Below, in pieces: positions 1-12,962 of a stretch of 64,000 nt of DNA; within the stretch, counting starts at the first letter, position 1, and every line of letters begins with the position of its first letter. The notes below the pieces were generated by a model. The model saw nothing but the letters and a program-made list of their open reading frames with translations, searched no databases and had not been told where the DNA came from. The stretch is from Leucoraja ocellata. Lineage: Eukaryota. A program made the translations under genes and the position numbers. The stretch is from contig JAWMAR010000023.1 in assembly GCA_036785375.1 (NCBI GenBank), positions 7,564,001 to 7,628,000 on the forward strand, written 5' to 3'.

Positions 1-413
1 GTGTTTAATACCCCTCCATTCCCTGCATATCCATGTACCTCTTAAATGCTATCGTATCTGCTTCCACCACCACCCTTGCAGCGGGTGCCACGTGTCCTCC
101 ACTCTCTGTGCTTCAAAAAAAGACTTGCCCCGGACATCTCCTTTAAACAGTGTCCCACTTACCGAATCACTATGCCCTCTAGTCTTTGGCATTTCCATCC
201 AGGGAGAAAGGCTCTGACTATATACCCTTAGGTAGGGAATTCCAGGACTTTGACCAAGTACTGTGTGGAAATTCTCATCACCAACTCGGGAAGCCTAATT
301 AATTTGACCTTGCAGATTCCCAGACTGCAACTAATGTGTACCTGATTAAAAGTGTTCAACGCTCTTATTACACCAGTTAATGAATATTCATTTTCTTTGT
401 TTCCTGTTTCCAG

Positions 414-579
414 AGAGCACAAGCAGCCAGGAAGATCAGCTCTGCACGGCTTTGGTCAACCAACTGAATAAATTTGCCGACAAAGAAACACTGATTCAGT
501 TTTTACGTTGCTTTCTGTTGGAATCAAATTCCTCATCTGTTCGTTGGCAGGCGCACTGTCTCACTCTACATATATATCG
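414..579 (+). CDS. UBR4: UBR4 exon (window exon 1) ESTSSQEDQLCTAL...LTLHIYR
   Basis: ttccag| acceptor, CG|gtaaag donor. Confidence 0.9.
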
Positions 580-1790
580 GTAAAGTACTGCTCAGATTCA
601 GGGTTCAAGCAATACGAATAACTCAGTTACTGTCGCTGTGCAGAAAATATCAAATGTTGCAGAGAAGGAAGGGAGTTTTAGGGAGTTATAGACAAGACGC
701 TTCAAATTCAATATTAATAAAATAAAGTTGTAATAGACGTTTTCCCTTGTCCCAACAGAAGTCCCATCCTTTCCTGTATTAGCAGGATAAATGTGAACAA
801 AGGCGGGGTCTAGTGATGACAACCACAGGATCTGTATTGAAGCTTCAATACACAAACGCGTGACTTAAATGATAGATTATTCAAACACTTTAAGCTTGTT
901 GCAAACACCAGGTTAACATGTAGTGTGCCTGAGCAGAATGTTGCAAAGAACCAGATTATAACCGGCCAAAAATAGCAAGAGACTTGGTGTGTGGAGTGTG
1001 GGCACATAAATCAATCTGTGCATCTGTCAAATATGAACTGTGGGGAAGTACGGAGATTTGGGGATCCATGGAGAAATCACTGAAAGCTAATGGACAGCAC
1101 AAAATAATATAAAATAAGAACATAATGAATCGAAGCCTTTATTTTACGTATTTTACCCTTTATAAGCATGTTTAACCGAGTGTCAGTGGCGAGGTGATGC
1201 ATCAGTTACTGCTGCTGCCTCATTGCTCCAGAAACCTAGGTTAGATCCTGACCCCGCGCTGTCTGGTGAATTTGCACCTCGTTATAATCTGGTTCTTTGC
1301 AACATTGTGGGTGCCCTACTGCTCTGGCTTCATCCAAAAGACATGCTGGTAGTTAATTGCCTGCTGTAGATTACCTCTTAGTGTAGGTCAATGGCCAAAA
1401 GATTCAAAGCAGGCTTGTGTGAGAGGAATAGTTTGCAGGGAAAGAGAAATTGAGCTTTATTATCATACCCCGGAGTCCTAGTGTGGACTCTGAGCTGAAT
1501 GCCCCCCATTCGCGGAATTAAAAGGATAAAGTAAGGTGAAAGAATTGAAGTTACATTGTAAATTCTACTTGGGAGTTATCACACTAAACAGTCTCTTGAG
1601 TTAAGCTCAGCAGCAGTGAGATGGGGTTTAGACAATAGGTGCAGGAGTAGGCCATTCGGCCCTTCGAGCCAGCACCACAATTCACTGTGATCATGCTTAC
1701 TGCCCATGTGAACAGAGAGATTGCCACTATGGGTTGTGACACAGGTAATGATTTTCAGGAGCCGGAGTGATGGTAGACAAGAACATAATG

Positions 1791-1980
1791 GGCACAAAAA
1801 GCTGGAGTAACTCGGGGTCAGACAGCATCTCTGGAGGAAAGGAAAAGGTGACGTTTCGGGTTGAGACCCGAAACGTCACCTATTCCTTTTCTCCAGAGAT
1901 GTTGTCAGAGCCGCTGAGTTACTCCAACTTTTTGTGTCTATCTTCGGTTTAAACCAGCATCCGCAGTTCCATCCTACGCA
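1791..1980 (+). mobile_element. Penelope-like fold-back element (palindrome centred in hammerhead stem II)
   Basis: cacaaaaagctggagtaactc...gacgtttcgggttgagacccgaaacgtc...gagttactccaactttttgtg plus unpaired tail cagcatccgcagttcc. Confidence 0.75.
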
Positions 1981-2073
1981 GGAATATTATGAGAACTGGT
2001 CTTTGTTTTGTTTCCCATTTGAGTGGCAAACTACCATGTCTATTTCTTTCTTTCTTTGTTTTTGTGTGATTAG

Positions 2074-2218
2074 GAGCTCAGGAAAGTCACAGCAGGAGCT
2101 TTTACTGGACCTGATGTGGTCAATTTGGCCCGAGCTCCCAGCTTATGGGCGCAAAGCCGCACAGTTTGTGGATCTGCTGGGATACTTTTCACTCAAGACT
2201 CCACAGACTGAGAAAAAA
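2074..2218 (+). CDS. UBR4: UBR4 exon 2 SSGKSQQELLLDLMWSIWPELPAYGRK...QTEKK
   Basis: gattag| acceptor, AAA|gtaaga donor. Confidence 0.93.
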
Positions 2219-2350
2219 GTAAGAACTATCTATCAATGGACTATGCATAGTATCTGTGGAGAGAGCAGGTCACTTTACTGGGGAATTGGCAGCTCCATCA
2301 TCCCACAATGGTTTTGAGGAATCTAACTGCAGTCTTTGTTTCTATCCTAG

Positions 2351-2436
2351 TTGAAGGAATATTCACACAAAGCAGTTGAGATCCTGCGCACTCAAAACCA
2401 TATTCTCACCAACCACCCCAACTCTAACATTTACAA
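2351..2436 (+). CDS. UBR4: UBR4 exon 3 LKEYSHKAVEILRTQNHILTNHPNSNIYN
   Basis: cctag| acceptor, AA|gtgagt donor; not in ORF track. Confidence 0.92.
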
Positions 2437-2581
2437 GTGAGTTTGAATGTCGATCTTTTATTACTAACAAGTACAAAGTATTTATGTAGAATTGGATTTA
2501 GTAGAAAAAAACAGCAGCAGTATGGTTTCATGTCATTTATCAAGTTGTTAATGAAATATATCTGATTTTGCTTTGTCCCAG

Positions 2582-2669
2582 TATGCTGTCCGGTCTAGTC
2601 GAGTTTGATGGCTACTATCTGGAGAGTGATCCCTGCCTCGTGTGTAATAACCCCGAGGTGCCATTCACT
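2582..2669 (+). CDS. UBR4: UBR4 exon 4 [29 protein letters not shown]
   Basis: cccag| acceptor, ACT|gtgagt donor. Confidence 0.92.
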
Positions 2670-2829
2670 GTGAGTCATGATGTATATTTGCAAAAGTATA
2701 TGCCAGACATCAATAAAGTCGATTTATAGGGAGATAAGGGATAGACTGACCTTGGAGTGAAAGAAAGTTAGTGAATAAACTGACAGAGGTTCATAAAATT
2801 ACAAGGGGCATTGATATAGTAGATAATCA

Positions 2830-3044
2830 AAAATTCTGGAGAAACTCAGCGGGTGAGGCAGCATCTATGGAGTGAAGGAAATAGGCAACGTTTTGGGGGT
2901 CGAGACCCTTCTTCCGTCTGAAAAAGGGTCTCGACCCGAAACGTTGCCTATTTCCTTCACTCCATAGATGCTGCCTCACCCGCTGAGTTTCTCCATCATC
3001 TTTGTCTACCTTTGATTTTCCAGCATCTGCAGTTCCTTTTTAAA
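2830..3044 (+). mobile_element. Penelope-like fold-back element nested in a CR1 3' fragment
   Basis: About 85-bp inverted arms around cttccgtctgaaaaagggtctcgacccgaaacgtt; imperfect TSD tagtagataatcaaaa / tagtaggtaatcaaaa. Confidence 0.75.
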
Positions 3045-3477
3045 TTAGTAGGTAATCAAAATCCTTTTCCTGTGACAGTGGTATTAAAAACACAAGGTCA
3101 TAGGTTTACAGTTAGAGGGAGAAGTTTTAAAGGACATTTGCAAGGAGGGAAGGATTATTTACAAAAAGTGGTTGGAATCTGAAATTCACTGCCAAAGGAG
3201 ATGGTGGGATTGTGTACAATGGCTATGTTCAAGAGATATTTGGGCTGGCATTTGAATAAGCAAGGCATAGAGCATACAGATCTAATGCAGGCAAATGGGG
3301 TGAGTGCAGATGTGGGCCAGCATGGATGCAAAGATCAAATGACCTGTTTCTAGGCTGTACCACTCTGATTCTATGACAACAACTTGTGCCAAACTATGCT
3401 GCCTAAATGATTTCATTACATAGATATTGTCTCGTATTTTGTCCTCATGAATTTAACTTACTAAAACTTTATTTCAG

Positions 3478-3671
3478 AATATTAAACTTTCATCGATCAA
3501 GGTGGATACTCGTTACACAACGACACAGCAAGTTGTAAAACTAATTGGCAGCCACACAATCAGTAAAGTAACTGTAAAGATTGGGGATCTAAAACGTACC
3601 AAGATGGTTCGTACCATCAACTTGTATTACAACAACAGGACGGTTCAGGCCATAGTAGAACTAAAAAACAA
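3478..3671 (+). CDS. UBR4: UBR4 exon 5 [13 protein letters not shown]...QAIVELKNK
   Basis: tttcag| acceptor, AA|gtaagt donor. Confidence 0.93.
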
Positions 3672-4618
3672 GTAAGTGTACGGTGACATTTATGTGTATG
3701 TTAGTGGGGATCATTTTCTTTGGATTTTAGAATTTCCTGAATAACGATCACATGGTTGAGGCAAATTCCAAGTAACTGTGAGCAGTGTTGCAGGTTTCAT
3801 ATCCAGATTCTGAGTGGATGAGTGTGGAGTTATGCAGTGTAAATGTTATTTTCCAATCTGTTTATTTGATCCCTTGCAGTCGTTCCTCATGCTCTTTCTT
3901 TACCTCCTCTCTGATTTTCCTGCATTATCTCCAGCTCCCACTTTCAACAATAACTTTTTCTGTTCTATTTCATCAACAGTTTGGTCATTCAGAAGGATGT
4001 GGCTTCAATTTTCCTAAACCTTTCTCCCCAGGGGATGTATTTAAACTGTAATCGAGGCAACTCTGCCTTCACTGTTTACATACAACTTATCCCTCCAGTC
4101 TCCGATTCCACTTTATCCGATCTCCTCTTATCCCATTGAAATTGGTCATTTTGCACCTGGTCGCCTTTAGACCGTGGAGTGATCTAACATTTTTCAATGC
4201 TGTGAATATTTATTATTCATTTTCACTATCTGGGCATTGGCAGCAAATTACTACGTCTCTCTTTGCTCACAAGACTGTCGTAATGAGCTACCATCATGAA
4301 GCCTTTTAATGATGCAGTGTAGCAAAATAGGTCATGACACCAGGTTCTGTTTTGAAAGAGGTGGCAATTTTGATGATAAATTAACAAGGGATTCAAAGGT
4401 TCAAAGGGTATTTTATTGTCACGTGCACCAATTAGTGATACTCGATTTAGCATAGCCATACAAAAATAAAGCAACACCACACACAACTACGTAAACTACA
4501 TTGTTTTTACAATATAATTTGGATAAGTTTATGTGACAATGTTATATTGATAACCTGGCTGGGTGACATCGTTCGGAATGTCGTGCGTATCACCAACCTC
4601 ATTGGCTTTCCTCCCTAG

Positions 4619-4858
4619 GCCTGCTCGATGGCACAAAGCAAAAAAAGTCCAACTAACACCAGGACAGACTGAGGTCAAGATCGATCTACCACTTCCCATT
4701 GTGGCATCCAACCTCATGATTGAGTTTGCGGACTTCTATGAGAATTACCAGGCATCAACCGAGACCCTGCAGTGCCCACGCTGCAGTGCATCAGTCCCAG
4801 CTAATCCAGGCGTCTGTGGGAACTGTGGCGAGAATGTTTACCAGTGTCACAAGTGCAG
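4619..4858 (+). CDS. UBR4: UBR4 exon 6 PARWHKAKK...[29 protein letters not shown] (Cys-rich)
   Basis: ccctag| acceptor, AG|gtaagt donor. Confidence 0.95.
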
Positions 4859-6404
4859 GTAAGTGGGTTTTTTGAAACCAATTCATGTGATTTGATGGGC
4901 ATAAATAGTGACGTTTAACTTTCTCGTAATTGCCGAGTTTGGAGAAAACTGTCAATTATTCTGCTTAGGTGTAAACTTTGGAAGTTGTTAATATAATCTG
5001 GTAGCATGCATTTTCAAACTTCTGCAGCTCTTGAGAGGATAAGAGGGAGTGACTGGGGTGAGACTGGTCATTGATTATGCTGGCAGTCTTACCGACACAG
5101 CGTGAAGTGTAGATGGAGTCAGTGGAAGGGAGATTGGCTTGTATAGACAAAAAATGCTTGAGAAACTCAAGGGGTGAGGCAGCATCTATGGGGAGAAGGA
5201 ATAGGCGACATTTCAGGTCGAGACCCTTCTGTAGCGATGCACCATCTTGATCAAGTTGGGCAAAAGAGCCTATCTCTGTGTGGTATGACTCTGATTCTCA
5301 TCTGTCCATGCAATCCTGAGCCCTTGTGGCTGCAATAAAATTAAACCATTCAATGTGTTTTAATTAATCTCCAGCATGTACTTTCAGTTTTGAGATACAA
5401 TGCAGTACAAAAGAATGTACTTAATTATGATAATGCAGTCCATTTCAGTTGAAATTAATTTGACACCAGTTTAATTGAAAGGCCATGGTTAATTTTGACG
5501 CTGACTTTGCAGATCATAGTTTTTGATTTCTGAGGCATTCGTTTGGATTGGCCTGGCAGTTTGGCGAAACTGGATTCTGGCAGAACAACCTTCTCATTCT
5601 TGCACATTTTCTAATTGCTGCACAAATAATTCATTGGCTACGGGTTCTTTGAACATCCTGGATTGTGAAGAAGACGAGATTAACACAGGGTTACTGCCAC
5701 CCCTCTCCCCACCCCCCCTCCTCCCCAAATCTCGCATGCATCTCATCCCATTACTCAGTCCCACATTTTCTTTTCCCCACTTTTTCCCTTCCCCCCCCTC
5801 CCATTTTCCTCCTGTATTCTCCCTCCTGCTTTACTTTTCACTCCTCTTTGTCCGTATCTGTCGTCCTTTTGTCTTAATTTTTACCTCCAGACATTTGTCA
5901 CCTACTCCACCCATCTGACCTTCTCAACCACTTTGTGTGTTTTGCTCAAGATTCCAGCCTCTGCACTTCCTTGTCTGCATAAACACAGATCTCTGACATC
6001 CACGATTGTTCAATGGCAAGTCTCATGAAGATATACCATTACATAGAGATACTTGGTCAAGCAAGTAGGTTTAAAGGAGGAGAGTGAGATATTCAGATTC
6101 TTGAAGGGAATTCCAGAATTTAGAGCTAAGGCAGCTGACATTACAGCAAGGGCTTGTCTGAGGCAGCTGAGATTATTGCAAAAGCTTGTCAGGCTGCAGG
6201 GGGTTACTGAGATACAGAGGCAGTGAGAGTGGTGGGGGGTGGGAGGGAGGGGGGGGGAGGGTCAAGTCATGAGAACATTAGCTAAAATATGGACATCAGG
6301 CAGAGTGATCTCCCTTTCAGCTGCATTTGAGAACGCAACTTCTCGGACTAATACGTGGATTAAATTATGATCACCATAAGTAATCGATCTGATATTTTTT
6401 ACAG

Positions 6405-6543
6405 ATCTATTAACTATGACGAGAAGGATCCGTTTCTGTGCAATGCGTGTGGATTCTGCAAGTATGCACGGTTTGATTTCATGCTGTATGCCAAACCATG
6501 TTGTGCAGTGGATCCAATCGAAAATGAAGAGGACAGAAAAAAG
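6405..6543 (+). CDS. UBR4: UBR4 exon 7 [20 protein letters not shown]...EEDRKK
   Basis: ttacag| acceptor, AAG|gtgaac donor. Confidence 0.93.
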
Positions 6544-6660
6544 GTGAACGCAATTAAATAAATGTTTTCATGGATTTCAATCGCGATGCCCTTTTTCTGT
6601 ACTAAATTCTATGAGTTTATTACTGGGGAGATTATTTGACCACAACATTTTAAACATAAG

Positions 6661-6873
6661 AAAAACACAAAGTTCTGGCAGAACTCAGCGGGTCAGGCAA
6701 CATTGGCCGAGGGAATGGACAGGCATTTTGGGTCAGGACCTTTCTTGCAAAGAAGAGTCCTGACCCAAAACAATGCCTGTCCATTCCCTCCACATGTGCT
6801 GCCTGACCTGCTGAGTACCTCCAGCATTTAGTGTGGTGCTCAAGATTCCAGGATCTGCAGTTTCTTGTGTTCC
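6661..6873 (+). mobile_element. Penelope-like fold-back element, older subfamily
   Basis: Inverted arms plus tail gctcaagattccaggatctgcagtttcttgtg. Confidence 0.7.
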
Positions 6874-6933
6874 CAGCTTTTTTAACATAACTTTTTTCAT
6901 TTTGCAATAATTTAACCTTGTTTTATTTTGCAG

Positions 6934-7059
6934 GCAGTGACAAACATAAATACTTTGTTGGATAAAGCTGATCGTGTGTATCATCAGCTGATGGGACACA
7001 GGCCACAGCTTGAAACTTTGTTGGTGAAAGTCAGCGAGGCTGCTCCTGAGAAGCCACAG
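6934..7059 (+). CDS. UBR4: UBR4 exon 8 AVTNINTLLDKADRVY...APEKPQ
   Basis: ttgcag| acceptor, CAG|gtaaag donor. Confidence 0.93.
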
Positions 7060-7302
7060 GTAAAGAAGGGATGTGGGCCTTCAAACTATAGCCAATCCAC
7101 TGATGTGATGAACACAGTGTTGCCTGGCATCTTACTGAACTTAGTAGATGGAGCAGTGTAGTTGGACACGATGATTTGAGATCTGGGTTGAAATGATGGG
7201 ATTTGAGGAGATGTTTAAAGGTGGAAAGTAATGGACTGGAATTGTCATTGAAAGTTCAAAAATAATCTCCAAATATTAGAAAGTGAAACACGATATCTTT
7301 GG

Positions 7303-7452
7303 TAGGCACAAAATGCTGGAGTAACTCAACGGGGCAGGCAGCTTCTCTGGAGAGAAAGAATGGGTGATGTTTCGGGACGAGACCCTTCTCTCAACTCCAG
7401 CATTTTGTGTCTATCATCGGTAAACCAGCATCTACAGTCTCTTCCTACACAA
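7303..7452 (+). mobile_element. Penelope-like fold-back element, internally deleted
   Basis: Same arm and tail motifs; TSD gatatctttg on both sides. Confidence 0.7.
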
Positions 7453-8424
7453 GATATCTTTGAAATGTGCGCTGTCTCACGTCTGCGGTGAAGTAGTGAA
7501 GATGGCTCTGCTACATTCAGTTCCCATTTTAACATTTGCTGATTGACACCTAATTCAGATACTAAAGAATTTTGTTTCTCAGACTGTAGTCACTCTGTAC
7601 TTCCAATCATTGCATCTAATCTGCATTTGATGGAATCATTTGGTGCAGGAGGAAGCCACTTGGATTATTATGCTTATTTCTACGATGATAGCTCTATCTC
7701 AGTTATCCCAGCAGTTTCGTAACAACAGCCATTTTGTTTCCTTTTTTAAGGATTTATATAATTTTCTTTTGAGACCATGTGAATCAGCTTCCATCATCAT
7801 TTTTAGCAGAGCCTTCACATCACATTCACTGCATGAAACATCTTCTTGCAACCCCCTGGCTTTGTATTCAGTTATAGCTGGAAACAGCTTCTCCCTCTCT
7901 GCACTACCAAGAGCTTACATGATTTTTAACATTTAATTTCCTTTGTCTAAGGAGAACTTCCAATTTTTGCTATTTTCTCCACATAAGTGGGTTATCTCCG
8001 GGTAGTCTGGTTTCTTCCTGCTCTCCAAAGATGTACAGTGATAGGCTAATTGGCATGGTAAAATTGTAAATTGTCCATTGTGTGTGTGTGTAGGATAGTG
8101 TTAGTGTGCGGGAATCACTGCTCGGAGCAGACTCGGTGGGCCGAATGGCCTGTTTCCGTGCTATATATAAACTAAAGTCTTCCATACCTTGCACCATCTG
8201 AGGAAGTACAAAACATTGACATCCTTCCATTGATGCCCAGAATTATACATTGGACTGGACTCTAGCCAAAGCCCAAAGAATAAAAAAGATTTAGCATAGT
8301 TTAGGTGTATACTTTACACTCTATTTTAATGCCAATGATTCTGTTTCTTTGTATCAACTGTGGGGTCAAGCTAAATTTTGAAGAAGTACTTGGACTTGCT
8401 TGTAAGAACATGCTTGTTTTTCAG

Positions 8425-8553
8425 GATGATTCCAGTGCTGTTACTGGAATCAGCTCAACAGCAGCGAGTGTAAATCGCTACATTCAGCAACTGGCCCAAG
8501 AGTATTGTGGAGACTGCAAGACATCCTTCGACGAGCTGTCCAAAATCATACAG
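8425..8553 (+). CDS. UBR4: UBR4 exon 9 DDSSAVTGISS...FDELSKIIQ
   Basis: tttcag| acceptor, CAG|gtaaca donor. Confidence 0.93.
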
Positions 8554-8783
8554 GTAACAAAAAACTATAGGTTTGCGCAGCACATATACGATTAACCCAG
8601 CAATGAACAATAAGGAAGTGATAACATTGAGAATTTTATTATGATGATAGTTTGATGAGGGATGTGAGTTTAAGAATGTGTATTATTTTTCAACATTTTC
8701 ATTTGCACAGGGATCAGTCATATTTGAACATATAATCTAACAATTTAAAAGACTAACTCTTGAATGTTTTACTTGTTTGGCAG

Positions 8784-9127
8784 AAAGTTCTGGCTTCACG
8801 GAAGGAACTGCTGGAATATGATCTTCAGCAGCGAGAGGCTGCTACAAAGTCTTCCCGATCAACAGCTCAGCCCACATTCACCGCGAGCCAGTATCGAGCA
8901 CTATCTGTCCTCGGGTGTGGGCACACCTCTTCCACAAAGTGCTATGGCTGTGCCTCAGCTGTTACCGAGCATTGTATAACACTGCTTCGTGCCCTCGCTA
9001 CAAATAGCACCATCAGACAGATCTTAGTTTCCCAGGGCCTTATCCGTGAGCTATTCGATTACAATCTGCGGCGAGGCACTGCCTCAATGAGAGAAGAAGT
9101 CCGACAACTGATGTGCTTGTTAACGAG
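8784..9127 (+). CDS. UBR4: UBR4 exon 10 KVLASRKELLEYD...QLMCLLTR
   Basis: tggcag| acceptor, AG|gtatgt donor. Confidence 0.94.
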
Positions 9128-10585
9128 GTATGTAGCCTAAGCAAACTGTGTTATATGAGAGAGCAGATTTTTCTGCAATCAATACATGAGATCGATAGTA
9201 TGAGAGTTTTGGAAAGAACTGGGTAGTGCTGATTAAATTATTTCTGAGACCTTTGTGCCAAAATGTAACGGAAGACGGTGATTTACCCACTCTCTGCTCT
9301 TTCTCTACCTCAACTGCTTCAGGTGTGCAGTAATTTGAACCCAATTGTTAGCAGCCACAGCACAGTTCGATATCAGGTCACGAATAGAACAGACAAGAGT
9401 CTTGAGATTTTGCACCGGCAATATTAATGCCTGCTTTTATTATAGTTGCAGGGAATGCAGACACTACCCAGTGACCTCAGGAAACGGAATGTGCCTCACA
9501 TACCAAGTACTTACTGTGTTCTGAGTTTAATGTACAAAACTAGCTTACTTCATAGATAATCAGATGACAAATGGGAGGTTTCTGCACCCATTTGTGATCA
9601 TTTTAAATTCAGGTTATTGGTTTCATTTCACGGTGAAGGGCAAATGAGACTTGGCCTTAATTATAGACAGGAGGATTTTGAATTAACAAGTTTATAATGG
9701 AAAATGTGGGAATTTGGCCAGCTGACCATTGGAATGATCAGGTCTTGAGGTAACAACTTCATTAGTGAGTGTTTCAGCGGAAAGTATTCTGAGGTGGGAC
9801 TGAGATGTATAATGTGACAGTAACTATTCCTGGGAGGATGTGAAGTCGGTATTAAAACTTGGGTTAAAGAGATGGGAAATATGAATCTTGTTCAGCTTGG
9901 GGCAATGTCCAGGAAGAGATTATTTTACCCTGTATGCCTGCAGACATATCTTCAACGGAAATACTCCTGGAGATTACTTGCTAAATACTACAGCTGAATT
10001 GATTACCGCGAGATCCAACAAATGACCTGTTTTTGAGATTGTGTTAGTCAACGAGTCTGTAGCGTTTGTGGATCAACGTAACAGAGCCTTGATTTGTCAT
10101 CTTATTTGAAAGACCACTTGACAATGCAGCATTCCTTTGGTCCTGTCATTCGAGATTGTGTACTCAAGCCCTAGTGTGAGGCTTGAACCCAGGGAGCGTT
10201 GCTGCATCTTGTCTCCAGCAACCAAGTTCAATCCTGATATCTGGTGCTGACTGTGTGGACTTTGCATGTTCTCCCTATTACAGCATAGATTTCCACATCC
10301 CAAAGACATGCCTGTTGACACGCCATTACGTGTCCCTGTAAATTAAGCTTAATGTTTTCAGGGAAATAAGTTGTAGAATAGGACCCTTGGGATTTCTCTG
10401 AGAGCTGATATTGACTTAGTGGCCCAAATGTCAGTCTTTTTTGGTGTAATGTGAAATATAAGACTTATTGACTCTGCAGCAGAAGGCCGCACAACTGGGC
10501 CAAGCTGCCATTTTGTGCATTAGTTGAATGTGTTTTGTTAAGGGTAGCATTTCTATGACTACAACATTTTGCTCTGTATTTGCAG

Positions 10586-10676
10586 AGACAACCCCGAGGC
10601 AACACAACAAATGAATGACCTGATTATTGCCAAGGTTTCGACTGCGCTGAAGGGACACTGGGCCAATCCTGATTTA
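10586..10676 (+). CDS. UBR4: UBR4 exon 11 DNPEATQQMNDLIIAKVSTALKGHWANPDL
   Basis: ttgcag| acceptor, TTA|gtgagt donor. Confidence 0.92.
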
Positions 10677-11664
10677 GTGAGTAAAGTTGCCAATCCAAAT
10701 TTTGTGATCGTTTTGGCTTAAACTCACTAACATATTCCCAAATGCAAAATCTTACAGCAGGTAGCATAATTAAACATTATTTTGCTTTAAAAATAATTTC
10801 TGATCTATTTGCGAAGTTCAGTTTAGACTTTATGATAAAAGATGTAATCTACTTCAAGTGGCTGTGCACCGCTTGTCGATAACCCAATGATTGAATATTA
10901 TATTTAGAATCATACTCCAATTATATTAGTGAAGGATTGTTAGCTTAGTGTAGTAAACAAAAATAGCATTGAGAGATTTTACAGTGAGCTTATTGTGCCC
11001 ATGGGATCGGCCTCAGATTTTCAGATCCTCCTCAAAGATGTACAGGTATAAACATGTGCAAATAAAATAAATTTGATCTGTTGTATGATCAGTTTAGTGA
11101 CTTGTTTGAAAGGTTGTTTGACATAAATACTGCAATGTTCTTGGCAGTCGATGACAATGTTTGCATTAATTAAGAGCATGTACGATGTAGGAACAGGCTT
11201 GTTCACAATGAATGGCGCTGCTGGCTCAAGGGTCGAATGGCCTCCTCCTGCACCTATTTTCTATGTGTGGCGGAGGAACATGATGCCAACTCTTAAACTA
11301 ATGTTAACGACCACCACGCTCCATATCCCTCCATTCCTGCAAATCCATGTGCCTATCTAAAAGCCTCCTAAACACCACTACTGAATCTGCCTACATTAAT
11401 AATGCAACTTAAACATTGTGAAACATCAAATAGCAACATCCATTCATGTAGACACCATCCACTGCCCTAGACTCATCACTCACCTTCATCACCTCCTCAA
11501 AAAACTCAATCAAGTTTGTAAGACATAACCTTCTCCGGACAGAACTATGCTGACGGTTTCTAATTAACTCATTCTCTTATAAAACATTCTTTCCTCGAAG
11601 AATTTTCTCCAATAGCAACAGCGAGATTTTTTTTGCTGCTGACTGACCAAGGAACTAGCATGTC

Positions 11665-11965
11665 ATGGTAGCGTGGGCTTAAGTTACCAGGATCGCAGCG
11701 ATATTTGTGGACCCTTGATCCAGAAATGAGAGTGATTCCTGCCATGGAGCTGGGGAATTGAAATAAAATAACTAAATAAATCTGGAATTAAAAACTGTCC
11801 TCAGTCACAATAACCACAAAACTAAAGGATTATTAAATATCCCCGTCTGTTTCACTGGTAGAGATTGAAACCTGTCTTCATTACCCAATCTTCCCCTAAA
11901 CATGGTTGACATATGCAACATGTTCAGCAGCAATTAGCGGTGGATAATAAATGTGGCCATGAAAA
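11665..11965 (+). mobile_element. Old elasmobranch SINE-like repeat
   Basis: gccatggagctggggaattgaaat...aaatctggaattaaaa...caattag..tgg..aataaatg motifs. Confidence 0.4.
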
Positions 11966-12327
11966 GCTGGCATTTATAGTCCACATTTGAATATTTTAAT
12001 AACATGTATTTTTTAAACATTCGATATTTTCAAAACAAAATTGTGTTGTGTAGGCTCTTTCATTTGAATGGGTCTTTTTGCATTTTGCAACCATGGAATG
12101 GAGTGAGGTTTGCCACAACCTATTGATGTACAAGTTCAGAACATGCTCTATGAGAACATTTATAATGATGTTGGAGGAAGTGAGGCTGCTGAGAATTAAT
12201 GAAGGCTGCCAGATCTAGCATAATTATTAACACGGTCACTAACTTGCACACGTATTTGTTTACACAATCTCAAATTGTGTAAATATTTCCCCCCTGTTTG
12301 AACTGACGTGTTTGTTCCCACTGGCAG

Positions 12328-12412
12328 GCGAGCAGTCTTCAGTATGAGATGCTGCTGCTGACTGATTCAATTTCAAAGGAGGATGCATGTTGGGAACTGC
12401 GACTCCGATGTG
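12328..12412 (+). CDS. UBR4: UBR4 exon 12 ASSLQYEMLLLTDSISKEDACWELRLRC
   Basis: tggcag| acceptor, G|gtaagt donor. Confidence 0.92.
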
Positions 12413-12592
12413 GTAAGTAAGCAAAGCTCAAGTGTGTGATCGCACATTGGTGCCAATCATTATCCTTTGAGTCCTAATGAAGCATTGACATTAAAAGAGA
12501 CTTTATGCATCATTACATGACCCACGAGCCTTTCTGAACAACATCATAGAGAACTTCAATGGTATTTTTTGTGCCTTCTCTCCCTTCTGCAG

Positions 12593-12720
12593 CACTAAGT
12601 CTGTATCTAATGGCTGTGAACATAAAGACTCCTGTGGTTGTTGAGAACATCACTCTGATGTGCCTGCGTATCCTGCAGCGACTGATTAAACCACCTGCCC
12701 CAACTAGCAAGAAAAACAAG
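12593..12720 (+). CDS. UBR4: UBR4 exon 13 ALSLYLMAVNIKTPVVVENITL...SKKNK
   Basis: ctgcag| acceptor, AAG|gtgtgc donor. Confidence 0.92.
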
Positions 12721-12832
12721 GTGTGCGTGCGGACTGGCGATCTAAGTCAATCGGTCTGCTCTTTGATTTCAAGCCAATTGATTTCTGTCCGTCTTGTCGG
12801 GTTTATCTTCATGATCCTTATCTCTTTGGCAG

Positions 12833-12962
12833 GATATCTCTGTTGATACACTTACAACAGTCAAACCTTATAGCAATGAGATACATGCACAGGCTCAAGC
12901 ATGGCTCAAGAAAGACCCCAAGGCATCGTACGAAGCTTGGAAGAAGTGTCTACCTGCCAGAG
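12833..12962 (+). CDS. UBR4: UBR4 exon 14 DISVDTLTTVKPYSNEIHAQAQAWLKKDPKASYEAWKKCLPAR
   Basis: tggcag| acceptor, G|gtagag donor. Confidence 0.9.
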